A stretch of 64,000 bases of DNA from Octopus bimaculoides (Eukaryota). The position numbers were made by a program, and so were the translations under genes. The notes under the pieces were generated by a model that was not told the origin of the DNA, searched no databases, and was given only the letters and a program-made list of their open reading frames with translations. Below are positions 1 through 14,199 of this stretch, one piece after another. Positions within the stretch are counted from its first letter, which is position 1, and each line of letters opens with the position of its first letter. Where the stretch lies: assembly GCF_001194135.2 (NCBI RefSeq), contig NC_068995.1, positions 36,638,460-36,702,459 of the forward strand, written 5' to 3'.

Positions 1-237
1 AGAACAAGGTCTTAAATTGTGACCAAATATAAGTCATTAACAAAGGAAGTAGATCATCCATGAAGTTATCTTGCTGCCTTCAAATGTATTCTTTCTGTTC
101 TATCACAACAGCAATGACTTTTACAACTCTCAACTAACAAGTCACATACCATTTCGATTGAAGCTCATCCAACGTGCCATTCTTTCCACCATTCTCCACA
201 CCGGTGTCCAGAGACAACTACTGATACTTAATTCAGC

Positions 238-633
238 TGTTGTTGGCACTCCGTCGCTTCCGACGGTCAAGGGTTCCAGTTGATCCGATCAACGGAACAG
301 CCTGCTCGTGAAATTAACGTGCAAGTGGCTGAGCACTCCACACACACACACACACGTGTACCCTTAACATAGTTCTCGGGGATATTCAGCGTGACACAGA
401 GTGTGACAAAGCTGACCCTTTGAATTACAGGCACAACAGAAACAGGAAGAAAGAGTGAGAGAAAGTTGTGGTGGAAGAGTACAGCAGGGTTCGCCACCAT
501 CCCCTGCCGGAGCCTCGTGGTGCTTTAGGTGTTTTCACTCAATAAACACTCACAACGCCCGGTCTGGGAATCGAAACTGCGATCCTATGACCACAAGTCC
601 GCTGCCCTAACCACTGGGCCATTGCGCCTCCAC
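238..633 (-). mobile_element. tRNA-derived SINE, family A (full length)
   Basis: Reverse complement of 15928-16294. Pol III A/B-box-like head at the right end. Flanked by a 12-bp TSD acttaa(t/g)tcagc (226-237 / 634-645). Confidence 0.9.
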
Positions 634-1259
634 ACTTAAGTCAGCATATATAATGTTAAAAATTTGATAACCTTCAAAATCAAAACCTTATAATTAAATC
701 AAGGGTACATACAACATACATGATTTTTCCTGCCAGCTGTATCTCAGAAAAATGTGAAAGATTATATTAAAGTAGAATTTATTATTTATATCCATTGCAT
801 TCATGCAAGAAACACCACTGCCTGAATTTCACCATCCAGGCACTGCACTAATTACTTTCTCTAATCCTTCTCAAGAAGATGAACTTTCTGTTATTCCTCT
901 TCTACTGACCTATTTCCTCATAAATGTTGATTTACAGACATTCAAACTTAATGACATCACTCTTACAGGTCTCAAAGGGATTGCAAATGTATAACTGAAT
1001 CATAATAATATGAATATTATGATAATATGAAGGGTTTCATTACACATAGTTTATGTTAGTTATACTCTGTTTTGGGAACTTTTTAAAATGGCATTTAAAA
1101 AAGTTCTGACAAAATCATAAATGGCCAGTTCCAATTACATACCGAAATATTTGGTTAGACTTTAAAAGGAAGAGCAAGCATGGAAAAGTGGACATTAAAA
1201 TAATGATGGTGATGTAGTTTACATATTCTTAAAATGTTAACTGGTAGTTACAAAGTAGT

Positions 1260-1352
1260 TTAGTTTTAGAAATCTATCCATATGACATGAAGTCAATCAA
1301 AGAGACTTAGTTTTAGAAATCTATCTGTATGACATGAAATCAATCAAAGAGA
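1260..1352. repeat. 47-bp tandem duplication
   Basis: ttagttttagaaatctatc...caatcaaagaga occurs twice head-to-tail. Confidence 0.85.
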
Positions 1353-2312
1353 AAACAAAACAGAAATTAAATTAAATAGAATCAGAATTCTGTAGAACGA
1401 TAGAGTGAGGAATATATTCCTACTACAGTTGTTACAAGGTCACATGACAGTGAATAGCAAGGAATTCCATGTCATTATACATTGAACAACAGATACATTC
1501 ACATTTTACAGATGGAACGTAAACAATAGATTATTTAAAGGTACATGACAAAAGAGCATAATAACAGTCATAATAGTTATCTCAAAATATCATGAATAAA
1601 TGTAATTACAAATTCTTTTACATAGAAAATACAAACAGTGACAAGATCAGATGAGAGAAACTAAAATGAAATATCGCCAGTCGCAGGACTTAGATAACAT
1701 GTACTTTATATATAATCATATATTTAATGTAGTTTAATGTGTCCTAAACTTTGATGACAAGACCAGATTGGCCAACACTCCTACCTTAAAACTTTCAGCA
1801 TGATATTCCAGGGAGGGTAATTTTTAATTTGAATACTCAGCCTCTACTGAAATGAATTTAAGCACCACTTGAGAATGATAATATCTCATGCTAGGAAACA
1901 TTAACACCGACCAGCTAGCTTTTTCCTCTTAAACAAGAAGTGAGTTAGACAGTTCTGCAAATTCAGACATTTCCAAATGTTTTTTAATAAAGTATTTTGT
2001 GGGTGGTTGATGGCAGAATTAAAGTATCAGACAAAATACCTTGTAGTATTTGGTTCTGCCCTTTTACACTCAAAGCTCAAATACCACCCAGGTCCACTTT
2101 ACTTTTTAATTTTCCTGAAGTCATCAATTAAACCCAAGAAGATGGTGCCCCAGTATGGCCACAGTTCAATGACAGAAATCAGTGAAGAACAAAAAGGCCC
2201 ATTTTAAATACTGACTTTACATAGAGTTGTAGTAAGGCAAGTAGAACTGATGTCTTACAGATCAGGAATACAACACTGCAACATAGTTACTAGCTAATGT
2301 CTCACTGCATGG

Positions 2313-2612
2313 TTTCTTGGGCCAGCCAAAGTGTTGTGAGTGGATTTGGTAGACAGAAACTGAAAGAAGCCCAACATGTGTGTGTGTGTGTGCGCGCACA
2401 CGCGCACTTGTCTCCTGCCCCTGCTTGACAACTGGTGCTGGTGTGTTTACATAACCATAACTTAGCAGTTCAGCAAAGAGAACAATAGAATAAGTGCCAG
2501 GCTTTAAAAAAAAAAATTAAAAAAAAAGAAATCCTGGGGTTGATTCATTCAGCTAAAAATTCTCCAAGGCGGTGCCCAGCATGGCCGCAGTTTGATGACT
2601 GAAATAAGTATA
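2313..2612 (+). mobile_element. SINE family B, 5'-truncated
   Basis: Matches 21045-21418 from gtgagtggatttggtagac through the ggtgcccagcatggccgcagt tail. Confidence 0.8.
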
Positions 2613-2644
2613 GGATAATGAGATATATGCCACCAAATAAGGTA

Positions 2645-2960
2645 TCATCGTCATTTTGTTTAATGCCTACTTTCCATGCGGGTATGGGTTGGACGATTTG
2701 ACAGAAGCTGGCCAGGTAGAAGACAGCACCAGACTTTTGTGTCTGTTTTGGCATGGTTTTTTTTGGCATGCTCTTCCTAACATCAGTCACCTTGCAGAGA
2801 GGACCGAGTGCTTTTTACATGGCACCTGCAGAGGCAAAGTCAGCTGTAGCATGCTTTTTACAGCTGGATGCCATTCGAACGTCAACCACTTTACAGTGTG
2901 GACTGGATGCTTTTTATGTGGCACCAGCACTGTCAGGGTCACCAAGTAACTTGCAAGTCA
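2645..2960 (-). mobile_element. (GAT)n-tailed retroposon 3' segment (family E, RTE-like tail)
   Basis: Reverse complement of the aacccatgc..gcatggaaa..ttaaa..gatgatg motif seen at 12476-12670. Confidence 0.65.
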
Positions 2961-3090
2961 AAGATCCTTTAAGAGGGAAGGAGATGACCTTGTGCCATAT
3001 GATAAATGGTTAGAGTGTGAGAGAGAGACAGAGGAGATTGATCAAGAATGAGGACAGAAATAGGTGTACTACTGTAGAGAAGATACATGG

Positions 3091-3096
<6 letters not shown>

Positions 3097-3131
<35 letters not shown>
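3097..3131. repeat. (GA)n microsatellite
   Basis: Direct reading. Confidence 0.95.
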
Positions 3132-3136
<5 letters not shown>

Positions 3137-3578
3137 AGAGAGCAAGAGCGCAAGAGAGAGCAGGAGAAAGATGGTGTCAAAGTGTCAGGGCATATTCACA
3201 AGGAACAGAGATCAGAATATTAATGTATAAAGGTATATTTTATTATATCTGCAGCTCACCCAGTACACATTAAATGTTAAATAAAGCTAGGACACATACT
3301 TAAATAATTTGTTATAGTGAGCAACTATGACATCAACATTATGAAAGAATATAGAAGGTGGGAAACCGAAGCAAAAACAATTCAATTTCCTATCTTGTGA
3401 AAAACCAGAGTGGACAGTCAAGTAATCCACCAAAAACAAAGTGATAAAAATAATAGCACAAACTATGGCTGATTCGATGAAAAGAACAATGATGGTAGAC
3501 AAAATATATTTGAATGGAAATGAAAGTGGGAGAAAATGAGAAGTAAAATGGAAGGCAAACATTGAGAATAGTGTCCTA

Positions 3579-3787
3579 TATGAGGGGGTGCTGTAAAGTT
3601 CCTGGCTTTGGGCAAAAGAAAATACAGGAGGATCAGTTAATTATGATTTTATTCTACATATTCCCCTCTCAGATTGCAGTGGTCCTTCAGTTTTTCTAAG
3701 CCTTATAAAAGATCTCAGAATGTTGGGCCTCCAACCAGGCCCTTTGCAATACCCTTAAAACCAGGAATCTTTCAGTACCCCCTCATA
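3579..3787. mobile_element. Tc1/mariner-type MITE
   Basis: Imperfect TIRs ta-tgagggggtgctgtaaagttcctgg / ccaggaatctttcagtacccctca-ta with TA at both ends. Confidence 0.75.
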
Positions 3788-6249
3788 ATTTACACATATT
3801 AGCTTCTCCACATTTGTATAAAACCTCTTAGTCCAATCAACACAGCCTGATTATTTTCCATTTTGTGGCATCTGAGGCCGGAGGTTATATAAAAATAGAC
3901 AAAGCATTTACAATCTTTGCTTCCATGCAAATAGGTACCATGAAGAAGTGTAATTTGCTGGTATAAGCGATATTGAGGACCACTGAACACTTGATTTTGT
4001 TAGTAGAAACACTAAAAACGTTATGCTTCAGGCATGGTCTTGAGGATAAAATGTTTGCTTTGCAATCAAGTGGTTCCAGGTTCAATCCCACTTTGCTGCA
4101 CCTTGAGTAGGTGTCTTCTACCATAGTCCCTGATTAGTGAATGAAATTAGATTCTTCCCAGTTTAATGCCACCACCAAACCCTTGAATACTTTTAGGAAT
4201 ATTCACTCTGTTGGAAGCACTTGAACCAGGTTTCCAATCTGAGTATAATCTATGAACTATGGTTTTTTTCCCTGCCTGTGCAAAACTAACTTTGATGGAC
4301 ACTACCCTTACTCCTCTAGACCATGAAAACAAAAATTAAAAAAAATAACAACATTAACATTCAGTTAACATTAACAATGGCCAATTGAAATCCATGTAAG
4401 GACTGGTTGACTGAATTCATTCTTATGACAGCTAGGAACCAGAGGCAGTAAATAATGGAAATGATAGGGTAAAGGGTGAAGAACCCCTCTGGCACAAGTC
4501 TGGGCAAGGTTGTTTGTGGAAGATTAGCAGTCACCTATGCATACCAGCCACTGCTCTCCATGCCATTGATGTTATCCAAGGGAAAGAAAAAAACCAATAC
4601 AGCTTGGCATTGGTGATGTTACAACTCATTTCTACAGCTGAGCGAACTGGAGCAACGTGAAATAAAGTGTCTTGCTTAAGAAGACAGCACATAGCCTGGT
4701 CCAGGAATTGAACTCACAACCACACGATTGTGAGCCCAATACCTTCACTGGAAATTATAACAGCTACAGAATATTAATGGTCTGCCAGAAATAAGTTTCT
4801 GTTTGTTTGGTCTGTGGGTAGGGAAGGTCATGCTCAGAGCCTTCAAAGAAGCCTCTCAGGGCTGATGAGATCAACATATTTAATAGCACTCTTGAACAGT
4901 TGCAATTTGACAACACAAAAAAAAAATGTTGAGTAGGAATTTCAGAGGCACAATATTCTAGGAAGAAGAACTGTGAATAGACCAAGTGCAAGGCTTAGGT
5001 GGAGGTGGCAAAAGCAATATGAGTGATGATAGGAAGAGGAATGAGTTGAGTATGTGAGTGAAGGTGGCACATAACCAGCCAGGTCCAAGTAGTGGAGGTT
5101 ACTGTAGTAACAATACAAAAGACAGAGAAAGGTGGACATCACATCTGCAGACCAAAGATTGGACTGTATTGGGAAGAATTATCAAAAAGCAAAAATAGTG
5201 TTCAATAACAATGCATGAGAAAATGCATGATTTATTTGTGTGAAATAGCAGTTTCAAATTTTGGCACAAGACCAGTAATTTTAGGGGAGGGGTAGATATT
5301 AAGAACCAGCAGCAAATAGATGTGTTGTCTTTTCCACCCTCACCAACAGGAACTAGTCCATGTGCAATCAATGGAGAATTATCTGAAGACTGATTGAGGT
5401 AAGCATATAAAATGATTATGTGTCTCTTCCTCAGGAGAGGTCTGACATTGCTTTGTCTTATCTTTGTCTTTATTTTCACAAGATTTTTTAATGACTGAGT
5501 TTTGTTCTCACTTTTTTCTAGTGGAATTATTCTCTAGTACTAACTATAGCCAAGATATCGAGCAGAATTATTTGTTTCTCTAGTAGTTTATTCAATTGTA
5601 TCTATCTAGCAGCTGCAAGGTTATGAAAGTGAATCAATTACATTGACCGCCAATGCTCAACTTGTTTTTAATTTATCAACCTTAAAAGGATTGAAAAAGT
5701 CAATCTCAACGAACTCAGAATGTAAAGAGCTGAAAGAAATATTGCTCAGCATTTTGTCCAATGCACTAACAGTTTTTTCCAGCTCAATGCGGAATAGTTC
5801 CAATATTTTTAGAACTTGTACTTGCATTCACCCAGGTTTAGTTGGAACTAGCTTTAATCAGAGAATCCTCAGCATCTTAATCAGAAGTCAACCATACCTG
5901 GACACCACAGGTGTGTGACACAGAGATCATCAGCCAGTTGTGATTCCAATACACATTATAAATGTGAAGGCCAAATATCAATTCAAAATCTGACCTGATT
6001 GAGCCAGAGTTGCTTAAAAGGCATCTCCTTGGGCTGGTTACCCACTCTGTCATCCATGGAGTGAGCTCCCACTACAGGGTGTGTTTGGGCTAAATTTGAT
6101 TTTTTTTTTTTTTGCTTCCAGTTTTCAGGAACAGCTTGATATACTGGTGAACAGTCAACAGCATTGGAAAGCATAAAGATTAAAGTTGTAGTTGAGAAAA
6201 AGTTAACAGACAGGGAAGACTAGAAGCCACCTGAATATTGGAAATGATG

Positions 6250-6960
6250 ATTCATACTGAGTATCAAAACGCTGACATTATGACTGCTGCTCAATGCTCC
6301 GTCAACACTCTAAAGGCTGTAAAATGTGACATGGACCACTGCAATGGAGACTATTGAGTCATGGCCAGCAAGAAGGACACAACAGGTATTTTTACTGTGT
6401 CCACTTGCTTAAATTCATCCTCATATCTTTGAACAGGGTCTTAGGCTCAATTCAGATGGCTATGTGAAGCTACTGGAGACCATGGTCAATCCTTAGCTGG
6501 AGAGATTTGCTGCTTGAAGGTCATACATGTGGCAGCAGAATTTGGTTCCTTGCCATAGCTCCGAAAAGAATCAGAAGTGGTTGTTGGAAAATGTCTACAA
6601 TTTCACCAGCCCCTCTTCTGACCTAATTCCCCCAGTTGTAATTCCATGTGTTACTATATGTTGGGTGTGGTTGAAGAAAAACACCAACTGCTCTGCCTGC
6701 AATGCCAAAGCCAAAATGGTAGCTAAGATCATGGAGATGTTTGAAGATCTTCCCAGGGACACAATGTAGAATGCATGTGGCAGGTCCTGGAGCTGTCTGG
6801 AGGTCATAGTGGAAGCTGAGGGCAGCTACTTTGAGTAAACTCTTATCTCCCAGCCATAACCTAGTTGATATTCATTATTTTTTTTACATGCATTTATTTT
6901 TGGCTGGAATATTGTGTTCCTTTTATGTAAACTGTCAAATTTATCCCAGACACCTTGCAT
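6250..6960 (+). mobile_element. Tc1/mariner transposase relic (maT/DD37D-like), disrupted
   Basis: Translation gives YVWQQ.L.PCHSS.K.QKWL.EN...and TNCSACNAKAKMVAKIMEMFEDLPRDT...LEVIVEAEGSYFE* (stop 6836-6838), typical of the catalytic C-terminus. Subfamily call is inference. Confidence 0.75.
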
Positions 6961-7633
6961 ATGCATGCATATATGTATGTACATGTAATTTAATTTTGCA
7001 AAGTTTTCCTTCGTTTCTCATCAACCCACCCAAATTGTTATTACTTGTAAGCAATCAGACTCTTGCTTTGGATATCACTTGTGCTAAATTTTAATGAGAT
7101 CTTTAACTAAAACAAATACCTAATATCTGTTGAGTAAAGGAGAATAAAAAAAAAAACACTTACTGAGATATTTTCTCTTGGTTTATAACTGGAATTATAT
7201 ATAGTAGCATTTTGATTCGTTCCCTGAAAAGTAAAGTAAAAATATATTTAAGAAAAATAGCTACATCATTTTCATTATTATTAGGGAAGAATAAGGTGGT
7301 GAGTTGACAGAATCGTTAGCACACTGGGCAAAATGCTTAGCTGCATTTCATCTTTTCAGAACTTGGTGAGGCTGTCAGGTATACACTGAAAGGGATGACA
7401 TGCATGCTGCCAGAACATGCAATAATGCATAACCTCTCTCCAGCTTCATTGTTTAATATTTGCCGGAGATGGATGTACATCATAAATTATTCTCAAGAGT
7501 AATCACAACAAGCTGGTTCGTTTTCAACAATAGTTTCTTTGTTCTGATGTGTCTCATGTCACTTATGTGCACTGACTTCTTAACCTACTGCTAGCACACA
7601 TTTTCATTCTCCACACTTTTGATAATGGTATTT

Positions 7634-7858
7634 TTACCCTTTAGCATTCAGATTCCTATGTCAAGTGTTATGTTTGTTTATTCACAATGTTCAGAATTAA
7701 TCATGCATTATCTCATAGCTTTGAGATTTCCATGATGTGATTGTTTATCTTTAGAATAACATTATAAGGTATGTATGAGAAGCCAAATCTAGTTTGTTTC
7801 AACATAAAATAAGAATATTTTGGCTGGATATGGCCAGCTTAAATGCTGAAGGGTTGAA
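7634..7858 (+). mobile_element. piggyBac-type MITE family 1
   Basis: Ends (tt)accctttagcatt ... aatgctgaagggttgaa; body shared with the 11310, 13231, 23479 and 33280 copies. Confidence 0.75.
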
Positions 7859-9529
7859 GTCCTGAGAGTCTCAAGAAATGACTGACTTAATGTTTCATGC
7901 CAATTCAGTTGCCAACTGCAATAAATCCTCCATCACAATTTGATTCATATCTCAAAATCCATTTGTACTATAATTTAAGGAGGTTGCATCGATACAGTCT
8001 AGGAACTTAATTGCTCGCTCCCTAATTGTTAGAATATGCTCCTTTCCAGTTTCAAAAGGAAATTCTTTTATCTGACTTTGAGTTATTAAATTATTAATAT
8101 TTGTGTGTGTGGGGGAGAGCACTTTGATGTGCCACTGACATTGCTAGAATTGCTCATCCTGCAATATTTAGAGAGCTTCTCTCTTAGCATGCAGAGGTGA
8201 CTGTACTAGGTATCCTCTGAACAGCTTTTTGTCCTTCTGAGAATCATCTCTACAGCCATCATAAAGAAGATGAGGCAAATGGTGGATCATCAATTTCTTG
8301 GACATAAACTCTGTAACTACTGATCCAAGGTATTGCAGTAAATGGTCCTTCACATACCCCAGAAGGCAAATAAAATAAAGCGCACGGAAAACTGAACCAT
8401 ATGCATTTGTATACTTAAACCAGCCAGCCTGAAGGTCGTTTCCTTTTTTTTTTTTTCATNNNNNNNNNNNNNNNNNNNNNNNNNNNNNNNNNNNNNNNNN
8501 NNNNNNNNNNNNNNNNNNNNNNNNNNNNNNNNNNNNNNNNNNNNNNNNNNNNNNNNNNNNNNNNNNNNNNNNNNNNNNNNNNNNNNNNNNNNNNNNNNNN
8601 NNNNNNNNNNNNNNNNNNNNNNNNNNNNNNNNNNNNNNNNNNNNNNNNNNNNNNNNNNNNNNNNNNNNNNNNNNNNNNNNNNNNNNNNNNNNNNNNNNNN
8701 NNNNNNNNNNNNNNNNNNNNNNNNNNNNNNNNNNNNNNNNNNNNNNNNNNNNNNNNNNNNNNNNNNNNNNNNNNNNNNNNNNNNNNNNNNNNNNNNNNNN
8801 NNNNNNNNNNNNNNNNNNNNNNNNNNNNNNNNNNNNNNNNNNNNNNNNNNNNNNNNNNNNNNNNNNNNNNNNNNNNNNNNNNNNNNNNNNNNNNNNNNNN
8901 NNNNNNNNNNNNNNNNNNNNNNNNNNNNNNNNNNNNNNNNNNNNNNNNNNNNNNNNNNNNNNNNNNNNNNNNNNNNNNNNNNNNNNNNNNNNNNNNNNNN
9001 NNNNNNNNNNNNNNNNNNNNNNNNNNNNNNNNNNNNNNNNNNNNNNNNNNNNNNNNNNNNNNNNNNNNNNNNNNNNNNNNNNNNNNNNNNNNNNNNNNNN
9101 NNNNNNNNNNNNNNNNNNNNNNNNNNNNNNNNNNNNNNNNNNNNNNNNNNNNNNNNNNNNNNNNNNNNNNNNNNNNNNNNNNNNNNNNNNNNNNNNNNNN
9201 NNNNNNNNNNNNNNNNNNNNNNNNNNNNNNNNNNNNNNNNNNNNNNNNNNNNNNNNNNNNNNNNNNNNNNNNNNNNNNNNNNNNNNNNNNNNNNNNNNNN
9301 NNNNNNNNNNNNNNNNNNNNNNNNNNNNNNNNNNNNNNNNNNNNNNNNNNNNNNNNNNNNNNNNNNNNNNNNNNNNNNNNNNNNNNNNNNNNNNNNNNCG
9401 CTGTTCCCCCTTGTTTTGACATTATGTGATGGTTGTAAATGAGCTTCACCCTACAAAGTAGTGTCATTTGTTTCCAGTTTTCTGTGAAAACATCCTGGGC
9501 ATGGGGGTTATATAATCCTGCTTGGAAAC

Positions 9530-9632
9530 AGGTGAGGATTAGCAACAGGAAAGGCATCCAGTCATAGAAAATCTGTCTCAACGAAATCTGTCTGACCCAT
9601 GTAAGCATAGAAAAATGGACAATAAAACAAGA

Positions 9633-9664
<32 letters not shown>

Positions 9665-9665
9665 A
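9530..9665 (+). mobile_element. Family E (GAT)n-tailed retroposon end
   Basis: aggcatccagtcatagaaa...acccatgtaagcatagaaa followed by (gat)n. Confidence 0.7.
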
Positions 9666-9754
9666 GTGGTGGTTTATACAAGGGGTTTTGTGAACTTGTG
9701 ACAAATGGAATTTACAACTATGTCAAAATAATGTCAGCATGAAAACATTAATAC

Positions 9755-10362
9755 AACATCTAATCTTTTACTTGTTTCCATTATTAGACTCTGGCCATGG
9801 AGGGCTACCACCTTGAAGGGTTTAGTTGAACAAACTGACCGCAGTATTTTCTTTTGAGCTTGATACATACTCTGTTAGTTTCATTTTGCTGAACCGCTAA
9901 GTTACAGAAATNNNNNNNNNNNNNNNNNNNNNNNNNNNNNNNNNNNNNNNNNNNNNNNNNNNNNNNNNNNNNNNNNNNNNNNNNNNNNNNNNNNNNNNNN
10001 NNNNNNNNNNNNNNNNNNNNNNNNNNNNNNNNNNNNNNNNNNNNNNNNNNNNNNNNNNNNNNNNNNNNNNNNNNNNNNNNNNNNNNNNNNNNNNNNNNNN
10101 NNNNNNNNNNNNNNNNNNNNNNNNNNNNNNNNNNNNNNNNNNNNNNNNNNNNNNNNNNNNNNNNNNNNNNNNNNNNNNNNNNNNNNNNNNNNNNNNNNNN
10201 NNNNNNNNNNNNNNNNNNNNNNNNNNNNNNNNNNNNNNNNNNNNNNNNNNNNNNNNNNNNNNNNNNNNNNNNNNNNNNNNNNNNNNNNNNNNNNNNNNNN
10301 NNNNTATATATATATATATATATATATATAAAGAAGCCTGTTGTGTGTGTGTGTGTGTAAAT

Positions 10363-10393
<31 letters not shown>

Positions 10394-10552
10394 ACAGGCT
10401 TCTTTCTGTTTCTGTCTACTAAATCCATCCACAAAACTTTGGTCAATCCAGAACGATCGTAGAAGACACTTGCCCAAGGTTTCATGCTGTGGAACTGAAC
10501 CCAGAACCTTGTGGCTGGGAAGCAAACTTCTTACTATACAGCCATGCCTGCA
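9755..10552 (-). mobile_element. SINE family B spanning an assembly gap
   Basis: Tail half at 9755-9911 and head half at 10320-10552, same orientation, on either side of the N-run. Confidence 0.65.
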
Positions 10553-11309
10553 CCTATATAAACACACACAGAAATATGATAAATTTTTTTTTACTTAAGT
10601 GCTCAGTCAGCTATTTCTGTATATTTATATTGAAATGTTTTATACTAAACAAAATGTTCTGTAATTGCTTTCATCTATGCCCACTACACTACTTGTATTT
10701 TCGTGTACCCTGGTCAGTTAGTGAACCCTTGACTCTGTATAAACTTCTGCTACATAATATAATTTATACCAACCCTTGTAGGTATATATACATGTATTGG
10801 TTGGTATATTTGTAGATAACACAGACATGATGCATAAATATCAAAATTAGTATCCATTTCTTTGCAGAGTGTAATTTTGATCTATAGACTTCTGGGTTAT
10901 GAGCCCAGCATGCTTCTACTGCACTATTCTGCTTGACAAATGATTAAGCAAATATATAATGTATTATTTCTTATATTGTCAGTTCTGGGTTTCATTACTT
11001 CTATTAGATCATTCATATATTCATTTCTATACATTGTACAAAATATAGTAACTACACAACACATGCTGTAGCATTAGTATGCTAATTTACTTACTGAAAG
11101 ATGACATTTCGCTCAGTCAATACTCAGAATTACATCTGACAAACCACATACATAGGTCTATACACTGAAAATTTTTCTGCGAGTTCTATAATGGTTTTCC
11201 TGCTGCATCATAGTAAACAAGCCTGCTAGTATATTTCTAATGAGTTTACCAAATAAATCATACTATAAAAAATGAATGATTTGTGTTTCTTGCCTCAAGG
11301 CCAAGACAT

Positions 11310-11535
11310 TTAATTCTTTAGCATTCAGATTTCTTTTGTCAAATGTATTGCTTATTTATTCACATTGCTTTGAATTAATCATACATTCTCTTGTAGCTTC
11401 GAGATTTCAGTGGTGTGTTTGTATATTTTTAGAATGACATTGTAGGGTAGAGTGAGATTTGGATCTGGTCAGTTTAAAAATAAAACAGAATATTCAGGCT
11501 GCCGTACATGGCCAGTTTAAATGCTAAAGGGTTAA
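11310..11535 (+). mobile_element. piggyBac-type MITE family 1
   Basis: ttaa-ttctttagcattcaga ... tttaaatgctaaaggg-ttaa. Confidence 0.8.
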
Positions 11536-12475
11536 ACAGGTAAACATTTGATAGTTCATTTAATGTATGTTGTTCCATGCTAGCATGGCTTAGGAATAAG
11601 GTAAGTGAGGCAGGATTTTTACAGCTGGATGCACTTCCTGTCACCAACATTTGCCTGTTTTTCAAGTGAGGGAGGTTATATTTTCGAGGAATTTGAAAGT
11701 GTTAAAGTAACGGATAATTTGTTTACAGAAAGTGTCAACAAATGTTACAGGCTTACAGGCCAACCACAAATGGTGATATCACTGACCAAAGCCATAAACC
11801 AGCATAGTTTTTGCAAACATTCGCAGACACACCGTGCATGTGTGCGTGCATGTGTCTGTGTGTGTGTGGAAAACTTATTTCAATCTATCAAGTCAATCAA
11901 ATTTCCTCACAAGGTATTGGTCAACTTAAGACTACAACTCACTTGCTTAAGGTGCTGTGTAGTGGGACTGAACCCTAAGCCATGTAGTTTTAAAACCTTT
12001 GTGTGTGAGAGAGGGGAGGAAAGAGAGGGGTGGGTGGGATATAGAATTTGGTATAAGCAGCTAACACACATCTAGGTGAGCAAGAGAGAGGAGACACTTT
12101 AATCTTGCTGCAGAGAAAGTTTCCAGTGCCAACAGGACAGTTTGTGCTCTAAAATGGTTGGTGACAGGAAAGGCATTCAGCAATAAAAACCATTCCAGAA
12201 AAAAAATTACATACACAACAACAAAGATGACCAATTTTCTATGTTTGTGTTTGTCAGACAATGAAAAACCTATCTAACCCATGCATGCTTGGAGAAGTGG
12301 ACATTAAAAAACGACTTTCCTTACATATATGGATAAGTTTGTAGGATAGAGAAACTGAAACTGTAGCTATTTAAATGAATATATTTGAATCCAAAGGATA
12401 TAAAAGGGAGATACTCTGATTTAAAATGTCATTATTGCATTATATTCACTGGCTGATGCCAGTCTCACATAACTG

Positions 12476-12670
12476 GCACTTGTGCTGGTGGCACGTAAAA
12501 AAGCATCCATTACAATCTTGGAATGGTTAGCATTAGGACGGGCATCCAGCCGTAGAAATCATACCATATCAGATTGGAACCTGATGCAGCCCTCCAGCTT
12601 ACCAGTTTTGGTCAAACCATCTAACCCATGCCAGCATGGAAAGCGGATGCTAAATGATGATGATGATGAT
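12476..12670 (+). mobile_element. Family E (GAT)n-tailed retroposon end
   Basis: gtgctggtggcacgtaaaaaagc...aacccatgccagcatggaaagcggatgctaaatgatgatgatg. Confidence 0.75.
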
Positions 12671-13230
12671 TTAGATCACCGAAAGTAGCTGAAGGAGTAG
12701 TTATAAAGGCTTCACAGGTTGAAGCAGTCTGCTGATATGATTTGCACCTCTCACATATAATCTTTGATTATTTTGGTTTCCATTATGTAGGTTATCAATA
12801 AGGGATGCAAATATACACTGTCTGGATGAATACTATTTTGGATAGAAGGTAAACTGATATGGCTCAGGATAAATTGGCATAGTCTATGACAGCCCTAAAG
12901 TGCAGTTTGTAAATGAGAGTCATGTTTTCTTATAATTTAGTTGAAATTGATTATAGCAGGAGATGCAAACCCAATTTGTCCAGAAAAAGAACAAGTATAA
13001 TCCAGAAGCAAATGTGTAGGTATGGTAAGAACATTTTCCATCATAATTTGAAATGTTTCCGGATATTACAGCCAAAATAGTGGTTCATAATTTCTTCCTA
13101 CAACCAGAAATGTTAAGTAAACATTTCTCCACTAGATCATTGTCAAAAAGTTACAAGTTGACATTTCCCTTACTACACCTGTCACATATCAAACAATGTT
13201 TACAAACATTAAAGAGAAAAAAGTGATTGC

Positions 13231-13460
13231 TTAACCCTTTAACCTTCAGATTATTCTGTCAAATGTATTGCTTATTTATTCACATTGTTTCGAATTAATT
13301 ATGCATTATCTTGTGGCTTTGAGATTTTGATGATGCAACTGTTTATTCTTTGAATGACATTGTAGAGTAGATGTGAGAGTCTGGGTCTGACTGGTTTGAA
13401 CATAAAACAGACGAAATATTTGGGCCAGGTATGTGGTCAGTTTAAATGGTAAAGGATTTA
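13231..13460 (+). mobile_element. piggyBac-type MITE family 1
   Basis: ttaaccctttaaccttcagattattctgtcaaatg ... tttaaatggtaaagga. Confidence 0.75.
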
Positions 13461-13657
13461 CAATCATTTGTTAGTAATTACACTTGGGTGAGCAAGCAGG
13501 CCAAACAGACTTTAATACTCAGCAGAAAACAGAATATACACATTATTGTGAATATTAAGTCTTTCCCTGGTGAAGAATGTCCCAGATGACATAAACCAGT
13601 GACTTGTGGCTAACAATTTCTGTGAGCTGTGCAAGGTAAAAAGTTAACAATAAGATT

Positions 13658-13870
13658 CCTTTCTACTACAGGCACAATGTCTGAAATTTTTGAGGAGGGG
13701 GCTAGTCAACTGCATTGATCCCAGTGCTTAATTGGTACTTATTTTATTGACCTCAAAAGGATGAAAGGCAAAGTCAACTGCAGCAGAACTTGAACTCAGA
13801 ACATAATGACATGACGTGACACTAATCACTTTGTCCAGCATGCTAATGATTCTGCCAGCTTACTACCTTA
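13658..13870 (-). mobile_element. tRNA-derived SINE family D
   Basis: cctttctactacaggcacaa...aggatgaaaggcaaagtcaac...gaactcagaac...ctgccagct, as in the other family D copies. Confidence 0.8.
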
Positions 13871-14199
13871 AAGTTAACAAAATTAGGTTAGAAATTACTA
13901 TGTAAACAGATGACCATCAGACCATGGTACACAGTCCCCTCCTGTTTGTTGTAGCTCTCCAAGCCATTACAAGGGAATTCAGGATTGGCTGCCATCAAAA
14001 GTGCAAGATGGACACAAATCAATCTGGAGAAGGTATGGAAATTGAAAAATTCCTCAGCCCTCAGCAGTTTCGAAGAAGTACAAGGTAACATGCATGATGA
14101 GGGGATAAAGATTTTACAGAGGCCAACTTGGAGTTTCTATGACAGAACTGGATATGAACCACAAAACAAGATTTGTGGATGGAACAAGATTACAGCCAA

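Noticed and set aside
8415-10567. Long ORFs in the track (429, 226, 221 aa)
   Set aside because: They are open only because they run through N gaps and microsatellites.
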